From Zootoca vivipara (lineage: Eukaryota): a stretch of DNA of 64,000 nt. Positions within the stretch are counted from its first letter, which is position 1. Every line of letters begins with the position of its first letter. The translations under genes were made by a program, and so were the position numbers. The stretch covers positions 34,782,001 to 34,846,000 of the forward strand of contig NC_083283.1 of NCBI RefSeq assembly GCF_963506605.1, written 5' to 3'. Positions 24,515-36,920 of this stretch are shown here, piece after piece. The notes under the pieces are model-generated. The model was not told the DNA's origin. It was given only the letters and a program-made list of their open reading frames with translations, and did no database searches.

Positions 24515-24781
24515 CCAACTAAGTTTGTCATTGGTATGAGCTTTCATGTGCATGCACACTTCTTCAGATACACTGAAACAGAAGTCACCAGACCCTTATA
24601 TATAGTGAGAGGGTGGGGAGGGGTATTACTCAGAAGGGTGGTGGGAATGGGTGATTGGCTGATAGGTGTGGTAAACCTGTTGAAGACTGTTAATGACTGC
24701 AATTGGTCTTACAGGAAAAAGCAAGGGGTGAGATGGCTAAAAATAGCTTTATCGTGTATAATGAGATAAGAATCCAATGTC
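24515..24781 (-). mobile_element. Penelope-like element pLTR fragment (related subfamily)
   Basis: Colinear with 13892-14165 (CCAACTAAG...ACTCAGAAGGGTGGTG...GTATAATGAGATAAGAA). Confidence 0.9.
24534..24571 (-). ncRNA. Second minimal hammerhead ribozyme motif
   Basis: Identical to 13912-13949 except one C-to-U change at the base of stem II (G-U wobble). Confidence 0.7.
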
Positions 24782-26353
24782 CTTATTGTGCTTTTCTAAA
24801 AAAAATATGAACTTAGTCAAAGTGAAGAAATTTGATGCTCTTTCTGTATGTGGTCCAATAAATGCTCCTTGTCAAAAGCTTTTTAGCTTTCCTGTAAGTA
24901 TGGCATCGAAATTGGCACAATCCACAGGGGGGGAAATCCCTGTGAAAGGACTCATTAATTTCATGGATTGCACCCAGTAGCAGAGCTGGAATCCATAGCT
25001 ATGTCACATCACAGACACATTATGGGTCTTAGTTGGCACCATTTAGATAACTTGGTTATGTATAACCACTGACTACGAGAGAAAACATTTTTTACATTAA
25101 AGATCTCTGGTACGATTGTTCACTTTACATCAGCTCAGTGGTTGATTATGGTGATAATTTTCAAATTAAGGCAAAATACTTGTTTAAATTCGGTGAGTTC
25201 CAGACAGTATTCAAAGAGTGAATCACGGGATATTAATAGAAGAATGCCTTGGGAGAAACTAGTCAACCTGTCTAAATCTATTCAATGAGTCATATTTTAG
25301 TCTCAAATCCTGACTTCTCACACATATAATCTCAGTAAACCCATTTTTACAAGTAACTTCCAGAACAAACTTTAGAATATTACGTACTTACTTAAATGAG
25401 AAACACTATACCTTCAGTGTACAGTTGCCACGTAGTAGGTGTGGGGAACTGGATTCGGCCCGGGGCCAGATCCTTATCTTCACACACCCCTGGGAGTCAT
25501 GTTTCACAAATGAGTGGGGCCATTTCTCAGCCACCTAATCTCACAATGAGGGCTTCACCAGTGCCAGCAATTGGCTGATGGTGCTGGGCAGCCTTAGGCG
25601 CAGTGCATCCTAGTGCACGCAATCAGCTGACTGTTGGCACTGGTGAAGCCCTGCATGCAGCGCTACTCAAGTCTTGAAAGTCTTGAAAAATCCATTGATT
25701 GTCTTTGCTTGGGAAACCTTGTTCACAAGTGCTGGCAATCAGATGGCAGTTGGCTCTTGGGACACACTGCACAAGAGACTTTTAAGTACCTCCAATCATT
25801 CAGTACCTTCCAAAACTGCATTCAGAAAAATGCGTATTAAGAAGCTGGTGAATTTTCAAGCGGATTTCTCTCTTTTTTTAGAAAATTGCTGTGGAAATAT
25901 GGAGAATGGAATTTAAGATATGGGAAAATGAGAAACTGAGGAAAAACTGAAATTGACACATCAGTCCATCCCTGCATAAGGCAGGGCATTTTTGGTAGAG
26001 TCACCCTGCTTTTCGAACTCCTTTCCAGACGGCATTTGATATTTAAACACTAGTTGGAAATGTTTTTGTTTATCGAGGCATTTAATCTGTGGCTAGTTTT
26101 ACATCAGGAGGGCATCCCATCTGCCTAGGTATTGATTGTTGTTGCCCTGCTGTATTTTTAGTGTCATGCCATTTTAATGATTTACTATGTGAAGCTGCCC
26201 TGTGCTGCAGATTGGAAATGGCCTAAAGAATAAGTGAATAAATAAATGTGCCAATTATCTGACATATTTCACAAGGGTGATGTGGCCACAAGATCAAATA
26301 CACTGCCCCATTCTCATTATCGGCAGATTCCTTCGTCTTTTTTGACCAAGTAT

Positions 26354-26598
26354 TAGAAGAAGAGTTTGGATTTGGATTTGGATTTGATATCCCGCTTTAT
26401 CACTACCCGAAGGAGTCTCAAAGTGGCTAACAATCTCCTTTCCCTTCCTCCCCCACAACAGACACCCTGTGAGGTGGGTGGGGCTGAGAGACTTCAGAGA
26501 AGTGTGACTAGCCCAAGGTCACCCAGCAGCTGCATGTGGAGACGCGAACCCAGTTCACCAGATTAGGAGTCTACCGCTCTTAACCACTACACCACACT
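26354..26598 (-). mobile_element. Squam2-type SINE, lacertid subfamily
   Basis: GTTTGGATTTGATATCCCGCTTTATCACTACCCGAAGGAGTCTCAAAG tail; CTTAACCACTACACCACACT head. Confidence 0.85.
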
Positions 26599-28260
26599 TG
26601 ATCTACCTGCAAGTGGGGAGCTGGGTAGGGAGGGCAACACTTTCACATGAAGCAGACGGTGCTGCCATCTGAGGAAGAGTCTCTCCAAAACCCTGGCTGC
26701 CTGCCCATGCTCCACTGCATATGTACGTAAAGAGGAGCATGTCCTAGTTTCCTTTGCCTTGATGACTGCAGTTTTCAAATAAGGTGAAGTGGGTGAAGCA
26801 TAGGGCAGGGGGTGAGAGAGGAGAGTGGGGTAGAGGGAGGTAATGTATAAAAAGAACTCAGCATGGCCAATGGTTAGGGATGATGGGAGTTGTAGTCAAA
26901 ATGATGATGAGGACCATACATTGGGCAAATCAGGGATGGGTGGATAGATAGATAAATAAGAGTACATCCCCCCAAATGGTCTCTTGGTGTGTTTTTTTAA
27001 ATTTCTTCTTGCTTTTAACTTGCTTTTAACTTTTTATTGTTTTATTATTTGGCTTTATGTTTTTCTTTGTTGCATGCCATTGTGATATATGATGCAGTAG
27101 TATACAAATATTTTTCTCAATCAATGAATAATAGTTTAACAGCACCTGGCCTCTACTAAATAAGATAAAAACATTAAAAACACTACATGATTGTGCATGC
27201 CTGTATCATATCATTTGCACTATTGTTTTCTGATGGCTTCTAGTTGAGTTGCGGCAATTCAGTCAGCAATGTGCACAGCTGTCTTCTGCTTCACATTTGC
27301 TGAACTTCAACTGTGCCAGAGATGCTGGGTTTAAACCTGGAACCTCTTACATGCAAAATCTCTACTAGTAAGCCACTAATCTCCCGTTTTTGTGAGCGTA
27401 CAAACTTGAGAACAATGAATGCACATGCAGATCAGCCTCATTGCTCTGAAGTATCTAAGCATATCTTCACCCTTTGGTTTCATCTCATCAAGGGTACCTT
27501 GGAGGAATCAAACAGCACCTGGGGTCTTCACCTGAACAGAAGAAATCTGGCATATCCCATTGCTTTTGAAATCTCAGACTAAAACAAGCCCATGCAAGGA
27601 TTCCTGATAGCAGAACAGGAATTTCCCCCTCTCTCTTCCGCCCACATGCACTCAGTACCCTCTCCAAATTTGTTCCGGAGGCTTAGGAGAACCCCTAGAG
27701 CAGAGCACAAGCAGAGGGAAGATCATTTTGTCAGGCAAGCAGAAATGCTTGCGCTGACAGAATTCTCTCCTTAGCACTACATTGAATCTTTCTTGAGTTT
27801 TCAGAAAATAACATTCTTTCCCTTTTTCTTTCTCAAGTCCAGCTTGCTAGATGCAAACATAGCCTTACATGTTGTTATTAAAATATACACCTCCTGGACT
27901 GCCACCCCAGCCCACATCCTCATCAGCCAGCCCACTCCCCTCTAGTACCTGCTATGGTGTCCACAAAACATCAGCAAATACTGTCTCAAAAATCCACAAT
28001 GTACCAGAAAGTGTTTGCTCTTCCTGTTTAGATCCTGTTTGCACAGGTTCAGTCACTCCTACAATGAACACCCTCCTTCAAACATCCTCACATTTCATTG
28101 GATGCTAAGATTGGATGCCTACCCTCCTGTCGGTTCTGAACAGAGGAAAGGTGAGATATATGTCCTTTTTCATAATGATGGAGGACAGATGTTGCTTGGA
28201 TGCAAAGGATCCAATAGCAAGCTATTTTACACTTACGCACATTTGCTTACACTTACACAC

Positions 28261-28265
<5 letters not shown>

Positions 28266-28298
<33 letters not shown>
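28266..28298 (+). repeat. (CA)n microsatellite
   Basis: Direct reading. Confidence 0.95.
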
Positions 28299-28301
<3 letters not shown>

Positions 28302-28499
28302 ACTTTTTACCAGCATATGATATATTTTTTAATGTAATTGCCAGCTGGCAACAAGCAATATATTTTATATTCATGCAAATGACCACAGCACCATGTTACA
28401 TCATGTGAACCCCATTAGCTAAAATTACTTATTATTGTTTCATTATTAAAATCATCTGATACTGAAAAGGAACTCAAAACAGGTAATAAAAACCAAGCA

Positions 28500-29210
28500 T
28501 CTAGCAGTCATGAGGTATCACGGCTGCAGCTTCTTCCTTTCCAAACAGAACATCTACCACTTGACATGTGAACTAATGCGCGTGAGCTAATTTACACTCA
28601 ATTTTTATTACAGAAGGATTACTTTAGGAAGAAATCGCTAACTCTTACTTAAAGAGGGAAATGTATTTTGCTATTGCTAGCATCTTCAAAATGGTGGCAG
28701 ACTTGAAATTAAATTACATCAGATTCCTTTATATTATTCTGCATTAGCTTCTCTTTTATTTACTGTCATCTTGCCAGCGTGATATCATCCTGGCTGAAGA
28801 GGAATGGCAATGCTATTTATATTGTGCTGCACTGTCCTTTAATTGACCTTGTTTCTGCAGCGGAATGGCGGCTTTTCCTCAAGCTGCCAGGCTCTTTTTA
28901 TTGCTGCATTTTGACCATGCACTAGTGGTTCTTTGTGCTGCCGCTAAGTTCAGGAATCAATACTGCATTCCCCGCAGCCAATAAAGGAAAGCTGACAGCA
29001 TGAATTAACTGAATGTAGCCAGTTGCATGGAGGGCCATTGTCTTTAACGAAAATTGGGACGATTACCAGCTTCCATCACTTAGTGGAGGCTTTAATGCAA
29101 AGCGCGAGGTTGCGGTAATTTAATTTTGGCCCGCTGCTCTGACACACTCCCCTTTGCTACCGCTTTGTGGAGGCCAAGCTATTAATGGCTGCAAACCAAA
29201 ACACGTAGGA
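28500..29210. promoter_or_regulatory. Candidate conserved non-coding element (enhancer-like)
   Basis: No recognisable repeat, retained CpGs, many TAAT/ATTA cores, CCATTGT (Sox-like), TGACAG (Meis-like), TGACCTTG; conservation not testable here. Confidence 0.45.
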
Positions 29211-30256
29211 GACAAAGGCAGAGAGACACAGGCACACAGAGGCAGCAGCTACTTCTGATTTAACAGAAGTTGTCTGGTAGTGTTTACAGATATTGGCAGG
29301 CACCATTCTTTCCCCAAAGAGTGCTCACCACTGAAGTAATTCACAGGACGTGAGCCAAAGCAATCTGGCCCGAACCCCTCCACCGACTGCAGGGGCAGAT
29401 ATGAAGAGGGAAGGAAGAATGTTGGGGAGAGACCATATTGCTCCTTATCTCTTGCGCTTCCCAGTTTGGTTGAGATGTTTTACATCCGGAGATGCGCTGG
29501 AAGGATACACAGAACAGGTCTTGGCTAATTAAATGCAAACTTCATAGTTTTTGCTTGCTGCTGTTGCTGGTGGTGATGCTGAGAGGACAAATGAAATGGC
29601 ATTTCGCAAAAAGTAATGGGTTTTACTCCAGGTGCAATGAAATTGAAAACTGTAGTTCCATCTGACAGGTAATATTGCTCATTTGAATGGTTTTAAGCTC
29701 AGTTATTTAAAGGGGCAGTGTATTAGTCACAAACCATTTAACACAAGCTTTTAACTTGTTTTCACATTTGACAGTGGTAGGGGAGTCTGTCTGAGAAGTA
29801 ACATTTTGAAAGCAATCGCGCTCTAAAGTTTTTATCTTCTCTTTGTTTGCTGTGAAGTACTAAGGCGGGTAATGGTGTTGTTGCCTGCTTGCCCTGCTGT
29901 AGAGGCAAAACTGGGAAAGGAGGCCTCATTTGTAAGAACTGGAGAGCAGCTCTGTCCAAAGGATGACCAAGGCCAAGCCATGTCGATTGGCACTAGGATA
30001 CTTCACACATCCATAGAGAATCAAAGGGGAAAGGTTGTGCTGGCTTGCTTCGAACAAAATAATTACTTTAAGGTGTCTCTTATGGTGGTAATAATGAGAA
30101 GAGAATGTTTTATTATCAAACCACTAATATCCACGGATCATGAAGAACACAAACTGTTTTGGTCACCACACTCCAAACTCAATATAAAGGTTTAACATAG
30201 CCTCTAACACTTTGAAGCCCAAATCCGGGATGCCATCTTCCCAGATGCCATCTTCC

Positions 30257-31509
30257 TTTCTTTTTTTAAAAAAATATGTTTATTGGTTTTTTTCTAGCCA
30301 ATCATGAAATCAACACACACAACAAAATCTTAAATGCAAAAATACAAATATTCAAAATAGCAAAAGAAAAACAAAAAACAGAAAAACAGGGGGGGGGAAT
30401 CATTATATAACATAGCTGCCAAGTTTTCCCTTTTCTCGCGAGGAAGCCTATTCAGCATAAGGGAAAATCCCTTTAAAAAAGGGATAACTTGGCAGCTATG
30501 TTATATAAACACATTTCATAACTCAACTTCGACTTCCCCGCCCCTCCCTTTCCGAGCCTTTGTAATATCCAATTTACACAACTTTCAAATTATGACCATA
30601 TTATTCTAAATCATTATACTTTACTATTCATTTATATTCATCACTTATTTTAAAATAAAATAAGTCTCTGCTGTGCCAGAGACAATGCAATTTCCTTTTT
30701 ATGAACCAAGTTCCCATCAATCTGCAAACTAGTATAGTTCCTTTATCCCAATTTTAAAATCCAATCCTTCTTTCCAATTCCACAATCAAAGAGATTCAGA
30801 TCCAGCTGAAATCCACCAAATTAAATCTTTTTTCCAAGTTCAAAAGTTCACTTAATAAGAAGCTTCCTAATCTGATGACATCACAATAGCGGCTAATCAG
30901 AGTCTCCAGTTTTCTGCCCCCAGGGTACCAAAGGGCTTATTGATACACCTTATAGGCTTTTGCGGATTTCAACAAAAAATAAATTCTCCTTCCCTTGGCT
31001 CCGCTGCCGCAGCAAGGGGTTCCAGCTTGAATTTTAAAAGAAAATCAGAGTCCCGTTCCAGCTCTATGGCTGCAGGCTCGGTAGCTGCATTGTAATTTTC
31101 TCAGTGGTGGTGGGGAAACGACCTCCGTTTACTCTTTAAATTCCCCTCCCAAGGCCAAATTCTTTTTAAGTCCAAATCCAAAGATCGATTACTCACATGT
31201 CTATTTTATAGATATTGGAGGTATCCGTCGCTCATTAAATCGCCGGCACGGAGCTTTGCGCCTCAGAGGAAGCGAATTGACCCACGGCTCCGTTCCACTC
31301 TTTCTGCTCGCGGCTCTCCTAAAAAGGAGCTTGCCGGGCAGCGAGCAGGACTTTGAGGAGCTCTGCTGGGTACCCACGTCCCCGGAAAGCTCAATCCGGG
31401 GGTTCTCTGGGAGGCTGCAGCGCTCATACAGCCCCCCCCCCTGTGGCGCTGGGGACTTCAGAGACCGAGGTTTTCCCCGCCAAACGACAATGGCGGCAGA
31501 CCAGAAGCC
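30257..31509 (-). mobile_element. Non-autonomous L1-like retroelement (CpG-rich 5' end, L1-type 3'UTR, A-tail, no ORF)
   Basis: 10-bp TSD GCCATCTTCC at 30247-30256 and 31510-31519; AATAAA plus A-tail on the minus strand near 30260-30284; 3' architecture matches L1 at 5825-6000. Confidence 0.7.
30411..30500. mobile_element. 90-bp hAT MITE
   Basis: 24-bp TIR with one mismatch (CATAGCTGCCAAGTT...), perfect 8-bp TSD TTATATAA at 30403-30410 and 30501-30508. Confidence 0.92.
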
Positions 31510-32299
31510 GCCATCTTCCCATTTTTATCTAGCGAGCATACAGGTCATTTGGGTTGCCGTGATCTCACACAACACCCCCCCGGCAATAAAAAATAATTTG
31601 GGGGGGCCACAGTGCCTTTTAGGCATAGGATTCAATAAGCAATGCTTAAAAACCTAGACTTCCATAATTTAACTCAAATATAAGGTAAATGTATCAGCAT
31701 TCAGAGCAATAAGCACCTTCTTCCTTCAGTGGAAATACTGAAGTGTGTGTTTGACAGATGGACTGAGTAGAGATGTTGTAAGAACCCCAGAAAACATATT
31801 AAACACCACTTTGCTTTGGTGTTGAGTTTAGATGTTGGAGATCTAGCATTAAATACCTGCTCAGTAATGAAAGTCATTGAGTTGTTTTGCGAAAAGCATT
31901 TCTCAGCAGCTTGATTCATCACAGAGCTGCTGAGAAGATCAATGAGACAAGAGAATTTTAAGGTACTTTTATACACCCAAAAGTGCTATAGAAATTATTA
32001 CAAATACATTGTGCAGATGTAGGGCTATTCATGAGTCAATGAGATCTGACCTTATATGTTACTGCTCTAATGGACATCAATAAAAAATTATTAGGGATTT
32101 CAGCATGAACAACCATTATCCCTATGAGACACAAGTTCCACAGTGTCTCTCAGAGTGCCATTTAAGCATCAAGACAAACACATCAAGGGAAATGTTTTAC
32201 AAAAGCTCTCAGTACTTAACTCAGTGTGGCCCTCATATAAGATCCCGTAACAAGACACAGAATAGGGCTGCAGGGACACAACTCTGGCCCCTTCCTGAG

Positions 32300-32627
32300 T
32301 GTTATGTACTAAGCTTGGATCCTAGAACAATAGACAAGTAGGATCCTAGAATGCAACAACTGATTGGCTTGCAGGAGAAGTCCAATCAGGCTCCAGGAAG
32401 AAGTTAATCAGCCTATTAGGCTGGTAGGATCGTAGAATGCAACAACTGATTGGCCTGCAGGAAAAGACCAATCAGGCTCCAGGAGGGAAGCCATATCAGC
32501 CAATCAGACGGGACTCATTGTGTAAATAATGTATATAAAAGCCTGCATTTGGGGGGGCATTTCATTCGCTGTTTTACAAGCTGCAATAAAGAGCATGAAG
32601 TCACTACAGGACTCCGAGTATATTTCA
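32300..32627 (+). mobile_element. Solo LTR (328 bp, 5-bp TSD)
   Basis: TG...CA, TSD CTGAG at 32295-32299 and 32628-32632, TATATAAA near 32533, AATAAA at 32585, multiple CCAAT/ATTGG. Confidence 0.85.
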
Positions 32628-33502
32628 CTGAGGTTGCATGATACTGCACAGAGAAAGCCTACACATATAGACCTCTATGCACATAGGCTTTCCTGGCATT
32701 CTGGACTGTTGCATGATTGAGGTCCCAGAAGATGGAGAAAGCCTGCATGTAGCACCACATGACCTCACATGTGGGGTCAGAGTGCACCCCCACTGTGCTG
32801 TCTGTGCTACACATGTAAAGGGGGCTAGAGTTTTCATTTGAAAGTAGGATCCAGCCTTAGGGCTGCTAAAAATATCAGTCAGGTCACAAAAATGTAATAA
32901 TTCTAATGCAATGTGCTATGCCTCCCTAACACATTTTTTTAAAATTGAAAATATGTTTCGTACAATCTGAAAACACTGACAGCTAGGGAGTTTGGCAATG
33001 TGAAAAATGACTTTTCAGAAAGAAAACAAGGACAATACACATTCAGCTTTGCTTTGAACATAATGAATTATTTGGATTAAAAAGAGAAAATGATGGGGAA
33101 ACAAAAATAATACTAATTAGCATTTCTTCAGTTCAAAAGGAATGTTGCTTTGATAAGTAGTGTTGTATATTTACAGTACACACAAGTCCCCCTGGGAATT
33201 AATGTTTATTAAAATTCAGTTACCAATTTCCATTACACACATTATTTCTCAAGCCCAACTTTCCGTGAGGAAGCTATAATGCTCCATATAATGTCACTTG
33301 ATACAATCACCTTGATTCTGAACACTTAATATGAAAGATTCATTAATTTCTACAGAACATTCAAAGGTGTTGTGAAGGCAACGTTTCTGGTCTCTACATT
33401 CTCATTTTGTGGTGCAATGAAATCTGGAGCAGTGGAGGTGTGATAGATTTATGGTGTGGTCATGTACCAACTACATGTCATTTTAATCACTTCCCCCTCT
33501 AA

Positions 33503-33824
33503 GGGCTCATCCACACTTCTGTTTGTGACGTGATTTCTAGGTCTGTGACTTCCAGACGCAGATCTGAGCAGGTTGTTTTTTCCCTGTCTGCCATATTCCC
33601 TGGGAAAACCTGCTCTCTACTGCTGAATTGGAACAAACGTCAATCTGCTGAAAACCCAAATGTTTGTTCTGATTCAGTGGTAAACAGCCAGTTTTCCCAG
33701 GATTTTTGGCAGGATTTTTGTTTTGTTTTTTGCTTTTGTTTCTAAAAACCTCCTCTGGTCTGTGTCTGGAAATCATGGATCTGTGCCTGGAAATTATGCC
33801 ACAAAGAGAAGTATGGATGAGCCC
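33503..33824. mobile_element. PIF/Harbinger-type MITE
   Basis: TIRs GGGCTCATCCACACTTC / GAAGTATGGATGAGCCC, flanks TAA/AAA (degenerate 3-bp TSD). Confidence 0.7.
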
Positions 33825-35346
33825 AAAGTCCACTTAAAGCAATACCATACTGCTTTACTTCTGAGACTGGCTTCACGATCAATCTCTCTTCCCAGGGAAC
33901 TCTGGGAATTGTAGTTCTGTGAGGGGAATAGGGGTCTCCTAACAACTCACAGTACCTTCAGCAAACTGCAATTCCCAGGCTTCTTTGGGGAAGCCATGAC
34001 TGTTTATAGCGTCATTATGCAGCATGAAATGTGTAGTGCAGATGTGGCCTTGGATAAAACACCAAAATATGAAAGCTGCGATCCTTTCTGAAGAGTACTG
34101 TACATTCTCATCTTAAATCATTTGGACTTACACTTGCACAACTTCTTCTATTGTATTTAAAACATTTATTGCACTAACAGTCTTCATTGTGTTTAGCTTG
34201 CATTTAAATACAAACACTCTTGTATAACTAGAATATCAAAGAAGTGCTTTTCACCCTCTAGAAAATGGCATCTGTTCTGTAATTTTCACCCAAACAACTG
34301 CAAACATCCCAAGATGCCTGCAGGAGCAATGATGAGATGCTCTGAATGAAATACCGAGACCTTGTCAATACATTCTAACATGTTTAAGCAAGGCTAAAAC
34401 AGAAACTTTTTTCTCTTTTTGAAAGAGATTTTCAAGTAGTACTATTTATACAATTTCTACGGAAGGATATGTATATATATATAAACTTCAGAAGCATCCA
34501 TCAGTTACTATGGGTGGAGAAAAGATATCTGTATGCATTGAAGGCTCTGTCTACATGTTTTTCATTGCAACATTTCACAATGACAGTGGCTTCTATGCCA
34601 AATTATGATGACCTGCATTAGCAACTCAGCTCCCAGAATATATTGAAAGCCAATACACCAGCCAAATTTTACAAGGCAAATGTAAAATATACTACTGGAG
34701 AAGCCTGATTGTCTCTCTTATTTCAATTGAGGTAAACAGCTGCCTTAGCTAGAGTTGGCAACTTTACTATCTGAAGGTTCAACTCCCAGGTTTTGATTAT
34801 TATTTTCATTGATCTAGGATTATTTCTGCTTTATTTCTCAACACATTTGTTGCATTATACGTATCTTTGTGTTTTTTAACATTGCAATGACTTGTGGTTT
34901 TAAGCAGTATGTTTGAACTGTTTTTAGAGAATCATAGAATTGTGGAGTTGTGACACAAAGGATCATCTAGTCCAACTTCCTGCAATGCAGAATCACAGCC
35001 ATTTTGATGAATATTTTGATGATATGGCACAGAGTATTTGGAAACACATTTACTGTAATGATGAAATATAAGTAGGGTTGCTTGACAAATTCAATTTTTT
35101 GCAAATCCATATGAACTGACCTGATCTGCACCTTCCATATCACTGAGTAAATAAAAATGCCTTCATTTTGTAGATTTCTCACTTCTCTGAATTTTGTGGT
35201 GCCATTCTCAGCTCAAAAACATACAAAATGCATATAAATATATCTGTTTTATGATAGAATACTTTTAGAAATGCATACTTTGATAGAACATAGTTTAAAA
35301 ATGTACATTTTGTGAGAAAGTACATCCATATATAGTTAAACATGAC

Positions 35347-35566
35347 TGTGTGTGTGTGTGTGTGTGTGGTTTTTAATAATAATAATAATAATAACAACAA
35401 CAACAACAACAGTTTAATGTTAAAACAGGACTGCAAATTACTTGATAAACTCAGCTGCTGCAAATGTCTATACGCATCTGATGATACATACCTTCCTGAC
35501 AATGCCAAACTGGAAACCTCAAAAACTGAGTGTATAAAAATGAATCCTACACTAGGGAAGTTAATC

Positions 35567-35608
<42 letters not shown>
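35347..35608 (+). repeat. Microsatellite cluster (TG)n, (AAT)n(AAC)n, (TAT)n
   Basis: Direct reading at about 35347-35367, 35375-35410 and 35569-35608. Confidence 0.9.
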
Positions 35609-35609
<1 letters not shown>

Positions 35610-36192
35610 AAAAGGTTTATTCTGAAACAATTCTGAAGAATTTTAATTCACACAACATGACCTAATTTATTTCTAATTAAATTTAATGAATAGGCAATGG
35701 TCAATGTTGCTGTTTTTATTTGTGTTGGAATTTAATGAAATGTTGTAGTTGACTTTTCCATCTTGCTCTGCTCCACTGGAATTAGAATCTGAAAAGCTCC
35801 CTAACTGTGAGCTGTAGCCAAGTTTTGTTCTGAAGCCAAGGAGTGGAGAGGAACAAAGCAGCTGCAAGCTCTTCTATGACAGCCCACACATTGAGGCGGG
35901 CCCACTAAACCATGGTTTGGCTTACCATGCTGGGTGTCAGGAACGTGCCCCCCCAGGGTGCAGTGGAAGAGTCTGCCTCAGAAACTGAGCTAAGCGAGTG
36001 AGGGGCTGATTCTGCAGATGAGAGCTGGCTGTCAGTCTAGAAAGGGAAGACGCTGTTAGCTGCCAAGGAGAGGGAGAGCTGGAAGGCGGCCAGAGTGTTG
36101 CCAGGCAGCTAGCAGATAAGCCAGAATCTGAGGCTGTGTCTTCTGGGTATGGGGCGGAGCCAGGCCAGCCATTCAGTCCCTGTACTAGGAGA

Positions 36193-36920
36193 CATGGGCG
36201 TAGGCAGGGGGGCAGGAGGGGGCAATTGCCCCCCCCTAGAAGCAGGGCCACTGGCCAGCCTGCCCGGTGCCGTCTCCCTTCTCCCTGGCTGGCTGTGGGG
36301 CGGGCGGCGGGAAAGCACCAGAGCCGCGCAAAGCGTTTGGCTGGCTTTCCCTCCCTCCGCCCCACAGCCAGCAAGGGAGAAGGGAGACGTCCCTTCTAGC
36401 CGGCTGGCTGTGGGGCGGGCGGAGGGAAAGCCAGGCAACCGCTTTGCGCGGCTCTGGGGCTTTCCCTCCACCTGCCCCAGCGATTGCAGAGGGGGAGGAG
36501 GGGATCGGAGCAGCTGATTTCGGGCTGATCCTGGCTCCCCCTCGTCCCTTCCGATCGTGGAGGGGGAGGAGGGAGTCGGAGCAGCCCGATTTCGGGCTGA
36601 TCCTGGCTCCCCCTCGTCCCTTCCGATCGTGGAGGGGGAGGAGGGAGTCGGAGCAGCCCGATTTCGGGCTGATCCTGGCTCCCCCTCGTCCCTTCCTATC
36701 GCGGAGGGGGAGGAGGGAGTCGGAGCAGCCCGATTTCGGGCTGACCCTGGCTCCCCCTCGTCCCTTCCTATCGCAGAGGGGGAGGAGGGAGTCGGAGCAG
36801 CCCGATTTCGGGCTGCTCCGATGTGGCCCCGCCCCCGCCCCTTGGCCCCGCCCCTTGCTCCCCGCCCCTTGCTCCCCGCCCCTTGCCCCCCCCCTGATTT
36901 TCATCCTGGCTACGCCCCTG
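36193..36920. mobile_element. hAT MITE (728 bp) carrying a 72-bp tandem array
   Basis: TIRs CATGGGCGTAGGCAGG / CCTGGCTACGCCCCTG; perfect 8-bp TSD CTAGGAGA at 36185-36192 and 36921-36928. Confidence 0.92.
36481..36820. repeat. 72-bp GC-rich minisatellite, about 4.5 units
   Basis: GCAGCCCGATTTCGGGCTG recurs at 36581, 36653, 36725 and 36797 (period 72), with a variant at 36510. Confidence 0.95.

Noticed and set aside
26659-26676. CTCF-like motif (CCTCAGATGGCAGCA on the minus strand); also isolated GTCACGTGAC at 56323-56332
   Set aside because: Single short motif matches are expected by chance in 64 kb; no supporting context.
36481-36820. CRISPR-like array of palindromic repeats
   Set aside because: The sequences between palindromes are near-identical rather than unique spacers; vertebrate context, no cas genes.
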